NCBI GenBank assembly: GCA_041497895.1
Contig: JBGQHJ010000147.1
Coordinates: forward strand, 1 to 12,132
From: Candidatus Methylomirabilia bacterium
GTDB lineage: Bacteria; Methylomirabilota; Methylomirabilia; Rokubacteriales; CSP1-6
DNA length: 12,132 bases
Reading direction: 5' to 3'
A model generated the notes under the pieces. The model had not been told where the DNA came from and ran no database searches. It saw only the letters and a program-made list of their open reading frames with translations. Of this stretch, positions 7,342 to 12,132 are shown one piece after another. How positions within the stretch are numbered: position 1 is the stretch's first letter; every line of letters starts with the position of its first letter. Position numbers and translations under genes: made by a program.

Positions 7342-8538
7342 ATGAGGACACAGGTGTTCCGCGTTCTGGCCGGGGCCTTCGTGGGGGTTCTCGCGCTCGT
7401 CGGTGCGGCCCCCGCGCACCACCGGCCCAACAACGAGGTCCTGCTCGGAGGGGCGATCTCCCAGACCGGGCAGTACGCGGAGCCGGCCGGCCGGCAGGTC
7501 AACGCGATCAAGCTCTGGGTCGACGAGGTCAACGCCCGCGGCGGGCTCCTCGGGCACAAGGTGGTCCTGTCGCTGCTCGACGACAAGTCGGACGTGCAGA
7601 CTGCCATCAAGCTCTACGAGAAGCTCATCACCGAGGACAAGGTCGACGTGCTGCTCGCCCCGTACTCGAGCGGGATCACCGAGGCGGTGGCCAACGTGAA
7701 CGAGCGGTACAAGATGCCGTTCGTCGCCTACGGGGCGGCCTCGAGCCCGATCTGGGAGAAGGGACGGAAGTACATCTTCGACATCGTGGCCGTCGCGGAG
7801 GACTACCAGAAGGGCGCGATTTTCCTGGCCAAGCAGATCGGGGTGAAACGGCTCGCGATCATCGGCCAGGACAGCCTCTTTCCGCGGCAGGTGGGCAAGG
7901 GCGCCAAGGAGTGGGCCAAGAAGGCCGGCGTCGAGGTCGTACTCGACGAGAACTACCCCCCCAAGCAGACCGACTTCACCGCGCTGCTCCAGAAGATCAA
8001 GGCGGCCGGCGCGGAGGCGATCGTCTCCAACAGCTACTTCGCCGACTCGGTGGCGCAGCTCCGTCAGATGCGCGAGCTGAACCTCGACTTCAAGATGTAC
8101 TCGAGCACGGTGGGCCCGGGCCTGCCGAACTTCGCGGAGCAGCTCGGCAACACCGCCGAGTACGTGCTCGGGTACAGCCAGTGGGAGCCGCTCCCGGCCG
8201 TCCTCAAGCACCCGGGCATGCAGGCCTTCATCGAAAACTACGAGAAGCGCTTCAACGAGAAGCCGAACTACCACGCGGGCGGTGCCTACGGCGCCCTCCA
8301 GGTCACCGAGGCCGCGATCAACAAGGCGGGCAGCTTCGACAACGAGAAGATCCGCGAGGCCCTGGCCACCATGGACGTCGAGACGGTCTTCGGTCGCTAC
8401 AGGGTCGACGCCCGGGGCATGAACGAGCACGAGGGCCTGACCTTCCAGATCCTCAAGGGCAAGCGCCGGGTAGTCTGGCCGGAGAAGTGGGCCGAGACCA
8501 AGGCGGAGCTGCCGATGCCGGGGTGGAGCAAGCGGTAG
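7342..8538 (+). CDS. Type I periplasmic substrate-binding protein (Liv-type fold), module 2
   Basis: True start ATG 7342 within tracked ORF 6496..8538, after a G-rich SD (AGGGGGGA). Signal peptide MRTQVFRVLAGAFVGVLALVGAAPA. SQTGQYA, VNARGGLLG, DDKSD, YEKLITEDKVD, PYSS, TDFTALLQKIK motifs. 398 aa. Confidence 0.92.
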   Translation: MRTQVFRVLAGAFVGVLALVGAAPAHHRPNNEVLLGGAISQTGQYAEPAGRQVNAIKLWVDEVNARGGLLGHKVVLSLLDDKSDVQTAIKLYEKLITEDKVDVLLAPYSSGITEAVANVNERYKMPFVAYGAASSPIWEKGRKYIFDIVAVAEDYQKGAIFLAKQIGVKRLAIIGQDSLFPRQVGKGAKEWAKKAGVEVVLDENYPPKQTDFTALLQKIKAAGAEAIVSNSYFADSVAQLRQMRELNLDFKMYSSTVGPGLPNFAEQLGNTAEYVLGYSQWEPLPAVLKHPGMQAFIENYEKRFNEKPNYHAGGAYGALQVTEAAINKAGSFDNEKIREALATMDVETVFGRYRVDARGMNEHEGLTFQILKGKRRVVWPEKWAETKAELPMPGWSKR

Positions 8539-8570
8539 CCGTCCCGGGGCCGGCCGGGATGAGGTGACGG

Positions 8571-9557
8571 ATGGAGCGAAGCGACGTCCGGAGCCTCTAC
8601 CGGCTGGCCGGCTTCCTCGTCTGCGCCTACGCGCTGCCCTTCGCGATCGGGGGCTGGTACGGCGCGGTCCACGCGAATCAGCGCTGGCTCGCCTACCTGG
8701 CCACCGTCGTCCTATCCGGCGTCCTGCAGGGCGGCGTCTACGCGATGTTCGCGGTCGGCCTCACCTTGATCTTCGGGGTGATGCGGATCATCAACGCGGC
8801 CCACGGGGAGATGGTGATGATGGGGGCCTATCTCACCTGGGTCTGCTTCTTCCGCCTCGGCCTCGACCCGCTGTTCGCGCTGGTCCTCACCCTGCCGGTC
8901 GCGTTTCTCTTCGGGGTCGCGCTCCAGAAGGTGCTGCTCCACGCGGTGGTCGGCCAGCCCGAGCTGACCGGCCTCCTGGTCACCTTCGGCCTGGGGCTCG
9001 TCATCGTCTACGTGACCGAGCTGATCTTCACCACCGACTTCCGCACGATCCCGTACGCGCCCGGTACCGTGCAGATCACCCGGACGATCGCGGTCGGCCA
9101 GAGCAAGGTGATCAGCTTCGTGATCGCGGTGGCCATCTCCACGGGGGTGTACCTGTTCCTCAAGCTGAGCCGCCTCGGCAAGGCCATCCGCGCCACCGCG
9201 CTGAACGCCGAGGTCGCCATGGTGTGCGGGATCCCGGTGCGGCGGGTCTATCTCGTCACGACCGGCCTCGCGGCCGCGCTGGCCGTCGCGGGGGGCGCGC
9301 TCGTGTCGATCCAGTTCGGTTTCAACCCCGAGACCGGCACCGTGTACACCCTGCAGGCCTTCACGATCATCGTCCTCGGCGGCCGGGGCCACTACGTGGG
9401 CGCCCTGATCGGCGGAGTGATGCTGGCGGTCCTGGAAGGTCTGGTCTCGCTCCTGGTTCCCAACGGCACCGCGATGGTGGAGCTGGCCGCCTACACCCTG
9501 ATGATCTTCGTGCTCCTGATCCGGCCCGGCGGGCTCATGGGCGTGAAGGACGCCTGA
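8571..9557 (+). CDS. livH: HAAT ABC permease (LivH-like), module 2
   Basis: SD GAGGTG at 8561-8566. GVLQGGVYAMFAVGLTLIFGVMRIINAAHGE, GKAIRATALN, IVLGG, RPGGLMG motifs. 328 aa including an N-terminal extension. Confidence 0.92.
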   Translation: MERSDVRSLYRLAGFLVCAYALPFAIGGWYGAVHANQRWLAYLATVVLSGVLQGGVYAMFAVGLTLIFGVMRIINAAHGEMVMMGAYLTWVCFFRLGLDPLFALVLTLPVAFLFGVALQKVLLHAVVGQPELTGLLVTFGLGLVIVYVTELIFTTDFRTIPYAPGTVQITRTIAVGQSKVISFVIAVAISTGVYLFLKLSRLGKAIRATALNAEVAMVCGIPVRRVYLVTTGLAAALAVAGGALVSIQFGFNPETGTVYTLQAFTIIVLGGRGHYVGALIGGVMLAVLEGLVSLLVPNGTAMVELAAYTLMIFVLLIRPGGLMGVKDA

Positions 9558-9566
9558 GCCGGCCCC

Positions 9567-10505
9567 GTGACCCGCTCCGAGCATCTCCGGAACCTCATCG
9601 CGCTCGGCGTGCTCGGGCTCGTCCTGGCGCTGCTGCCCCCGGCCCTGAACGTCTACCTGCGCTCGTTCGCGCTGTTCACGATGATGTACGTCGTGCTCGC
9701 GCTCAGCTGGAATATCATCAGCGGCTTCACCGGCTACACCTCGTTCGGCCACGTGATCTTCTACGGGATCGGCGCCTACGCCTGCGCGATCCTGGTGGCC
9801 GACCACGGCTGGCACTGGCTGCCCACGCTGCTGGTCGCGGCCGGGGTGGCGGCGGCGGTCGGGGTGGCGCTCGGCTATCCGGTGCTGCGCCTGAGAGGGC
9901 CGTACTTCGCCATCGCCATGCTCGGGGCGGCCGAGGGCATGCGGGTCATCGCGACGGTGTGGGACGGCCTCACCCACGGGGGCCTCGGCATCAGCCTGCC
10001 GAGCGTCGAGAACTCGATCGCCACCTACCACGCGATGCTCGGCCTGATGCTGATCACGATCCTGGTGGCCTACGCGGTCGGGCACTCCCGGTTCGGGATC
10101 CGCCTCAACGCGATCCGGGAGGACGAGGTCGCCGCGGAGGCCCTCGGCATCAACGCCACCGCGTACAAGCTGGCCGCCTTCGCGCTCTCGGCGGTGTTCC
10201 CGGCGGTGGCGGGAGGGATTCAGGCCTACAAGGTCCTGTACATCGATCCCCCGTCGGTCTTCTTCGTCCAGATCACGATCGCGATGGCCCTCATGTCGAT
10301 GCTGGGCGGCAAGGGCACCGTGATCGGGCCCATCGTGGGCGCGGTCCTGCTCTACACCGCTCAGGAGCTCACCTGGGTGAACTTCCCGACCGCCCACCTG
10401 ATCGCGTACGGGCTCTTCATCGTGATCGTGGCGCGCTTCATGCCGCGGGGCCTCGTGGGCTTCGCGATCGACCGGGGATGGGCCCGAAAGGGGATGGTCC
10501 ACTGA
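9567..10505 (+). CDS. livM: HAAT ABC permease (LivM-like), module 2
   Basis: ALSWNIISGFTGYTSFGH, LRLRGPYFAIAML, GIRLNAIREDEVAAEALGI, LGGKGTVIGP, PRGLVG motifs. GTG start. Confidence 0.92.
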   Translation: MTRSEHLRNLIALGVLGLVLALLPPALNVYLRSFALFTMMYVVLALSWNIISGFTGYTSFGHVIFYGIGAYACAILVADHGWHWLPTLLVAAGVAAAVGVALGYPVLRLRGPYFAIAMLGAAEGMRVIATVWDGLTHGGLGISLPSVENSIATYHAMLGLMLITILVAYAVGHSRFGIRLNAIREDEVAAEALGINATAYKLAAFALSAVFPAVAGGIQAYKVLYIDPPSVFFVQITIAMALMSMLGGKGTVIGPIVGAVLLYTAQELTWVNFPTAHLIAYGLFIVIVARFMPRGLVGFAIDRGWARKGMVH

Positions 10506-11230
10506 CCGGCGGGGAGGTCGCTCTCGACGTGCGCGATCTCCACAAGGCCTTCGGCGGGGTCCGGGCCGTCGACGGCTGCTCCTTCGCGGTGCCGCGCGGG
10601 CAGATCTCTGGTCTCATCGGCCCGAACGGGTCCGGGAAGACGACCACCTTCGACCTGTTGACCGGCCTGGCCGCCCCGGACGCGGGTCAGGTGCTCCACC
10701 GGGGCGAGAACATCGCGGGCCGCAAGCCCTACGAGATCTTCCGCCGGGGCATCACCCGGACCTTCCAGATCACGCGCGTCTTCCGGGAGATGACGGTCTT
10801 CGAGAACATGCTCTCCGCGACCGGGTTGCGGGTGCCCGACCGGGTGGCGCGGGAGCGGGCGGAGGCGCTCATCGCCTTCGTCAATCTCGGGTCGCTGCGG
10901 GCCGAGTACGGGGGCCGGCTCTCCTACGGGCAGCAGAAGCTGCTCGAGTTCGCGCGGGCCCTGATGACCGACCCCGACCTGATCCTGCTCGACGAGCCGG
11001 CGGCCGGCGTCAACCGGACCCTGCTCCAGCAGCTGCTCGAGCACATCCACCACCTCCAGGAGCGGGGCAAGACGATCCTGATCGTGGAGCACGACATGAA
11101 CGTGATCATGAATCACTGCGAGCGGATCTTCGTGCTGGACCACGGCGTGAAGATCGCCGAGGGGCCACCGGCGGACATCCGGAGCGACGAGCGGGTGATC
11201 GACGCCTACTTCGGCCGCCGCCGGCGCTAG
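10502..11230 (+). CDS. livG: HAAT ABC ATP-binding protein (LivG-like), module 2; start codon uncertain
   Basis: 3' part of tracked ORF 8564..11230. LDVRDLHKAFGG, Walker A GPNGSGKT, RTFQ, LSYGQQK, ILLDEP, VEHDM, VIDAYFG. In-frame candidate starts are ATG 10478, CTG 10502 and GTG 10529. Confidence 0.9.
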   Translation: MTGGEVALDVRDLHKAFGGVRAVDGCSFAVPRGQISGLIGPNGSGKTTTFDLLTGLAAPDAGQVLHRGENIAGRKPYEIFRRGITRTFQITRVFREMTVFENMLSATGLRVPDRVARERAEALIAFVNLGSLRAEYGGRLSYGQQKLLEFARALMTDPDLILLDEPAAGVNRTLLQQLLEHIHHLQERGKTILIVEHDMNVIMNHCERIFVLDHGVKIAEGPPADIRSDERVIDAYFGRRRR

Positions 11231-11231
11231 C

Positions 11232-11954
11232 ATGGCCCTTCTAGAGATCCGTTCGGTCCAGGCGGCCTACGGGTCCATCCAGATCCTCCACGGGGTGTCC
11301 CTCCACGTCGACGCCGGGGAGGTGGTCTCGGTGATCGGCCCCAACGGGGCGGGCAAGTCGACGACCTTCAAGGCGATCATGGGCCTCGTCGCGTTCCTTG
11401 GAGGCGAGATGGTGTTCGACGGCTCGAGCCTGGTCGGCCAGGAGCCGGACCGCATCCTGGCCCGCGGGCTCGCCTACGTGCCGCAGGGGCGGGTGGTGTT
11501 CGGCCAGATGACGGTGCGCGAGAACCTGGAGATGGGCGCCTACCTCGAGCGCGACCGGGCCAAGGTGCGCGCGTCCATGGACCACGTGTTCTCGATGTTC
11601 CCCCGGCTCGGGGAGCGGCGCCGCCAGCTCGCCGGCTCGATGAGCGGCGGCGAGCAGCAGATGCTCGCGATGGGCCGCGGGCTCATGATGCATCCGAAGA
11701 TGATGATGCTCGACGAGCCCTCGCTCGGCCTGAGCCCCCGTCTCGTCGACGAGGTCTTCGACAAGATCACCGAGATGGCCCGGGGCGGGCTCACCACCAT
11801 GCTGGTCGAGCAGAACGCGGCGCGCGCGCTCGAGGTCTCGGACCGGGCCTACGTGCTGGAGCTCGGGCGCAACCGGTTCGAGGGCTCCGGCCGCGACCTG
11901 CTCGCCGACCCGGAGGTGCGCCGGATGTACCTGGGCGGTGGCGCCGCGCCCTAG
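11232..11954 (+). CDS. livF: HAAT ABC ATP-binding protein (LivF-like), module 2
   Basis: GPNGAGKST, YVPQGR, MSGGEQQML, MLDEPSLGLSP, VEQN, VRRMYLGG motifs. 240 aa. Confidence 0.94.
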   Translation: MALLEIRSVQAAYGSIQILHGVSLHVDAGEVVSVIGPNGAGKSTTFKAIMGLVAFLGGEMVFDGSSLVGQEPDRILARGLAYVPQGRVVFGQMTVRENLEMGAYLERDRAKVRASMDHVFSMFPRLGERRRQLAGSMSGGEQQMLAMGRGLMMHPKMMMLDEPSLGLSPRLVDEVFDKITEMARGGLTTMLVEQNAARALEVSDRAYVLELGRNRFEGSGRDLLADPEVRRMYLGGGAAP

Positions 11955-11960
11955 CCGGGG

Positions 11961-12132
11961 CTAGTCGAGCCAGTCTTCCTCTTTGAGCTTGCGGGGCAGG
12001 TAGGTCTTGGTCAGGTAGCGGAAGTCCTTGTTGGCCAGCGCGTCGAGCTCGTACTTGAGGCCGGAGGCGAGCATGCGCTTGATCTCTTCCTGCCAGGGCT
12101 TCTTGTCGAACCAGCGGTACTTCACCAGCTCC
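11961..12132 (-). CDS. top6A: DNA topoisomerase VI subunit A (Spo11-like), C-terminal fragment; gene continues beyond the window
   Basis: Manual translation of the minus strand: ELVKYRWFDKKPWQEEIKRMLASGLKYELDALANKDFRYLTKTYLPRKLKEEDWLD* (stop TAG at 11963-11961), with strongly GC3-biased codons. It fits the Top6A C-terminal pattern as I recall it (YxWF...WxxEI..M...xxKxE.(E/D)AL......L...YLP.K). Only 56 aa are visible. Confidence 0.75.
   Translation of the reverse strand, partial: ELVKYRWFDKKPWQEEIKRMLASGLKYELDALANKDFRYLTKTYLPRKLKEEDWLD

Noticed and set aside
8564..10477. Apparent 888-aa ATPase (ORF 8564..11230) or programmed frameshift
   Set aside because: The upstream part is a stop-free shadow frame across two intact permease genes, which is expected at high GC. 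No slippery site is evident.
1432..11800. Long minus-strand ORFs (e.g. 4199..6409, 7276..8430, 8712..10502)
   Set aside because: Antisense shadows of GC3-biased genes with no recognisable domain motifs.
1..12132. CRISPR arrays, tRNA/rRNA genes, transposases, integrases or defence genes
   Set aside because: None seen; nearly all sequence is accounted for by intact protein-coding genes.

Overview
GC-rich bacterial window, almost entirely coding. It begins with the 3' end of a secretin gene (GspD/PilQ family, +). A near-consensus sigma70 promoter and a ~150-nt structured leader then precede an 11-gene + strand operon of about 11.3 kb. The operon holds two complete HAAT/Liv-type ABC importers in tandem. 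Module 1 (ATPase, long-chain acyl-CoA ligase-like enzyme, two permeases, binding protein, ATPase) has an adenylate-forming enzyme embedded among the transport genes. Module 2 is binding protein, two permeases, two ATPases. The window ends with the 3' end of a convergent minus-strand gene that the ORF track misses; its translation resembles the C-terminus of DNA topoisomerase VI subunit A (Spo11-like), which is uncommon in bacteria. Best leads: the leader RNA with mutually exclusive folds, the transporter-ligase coupling, and the Top6A-like gene. All product calls are by motif recognition, and RNA pairings were found by eye; no searches or folding were run.
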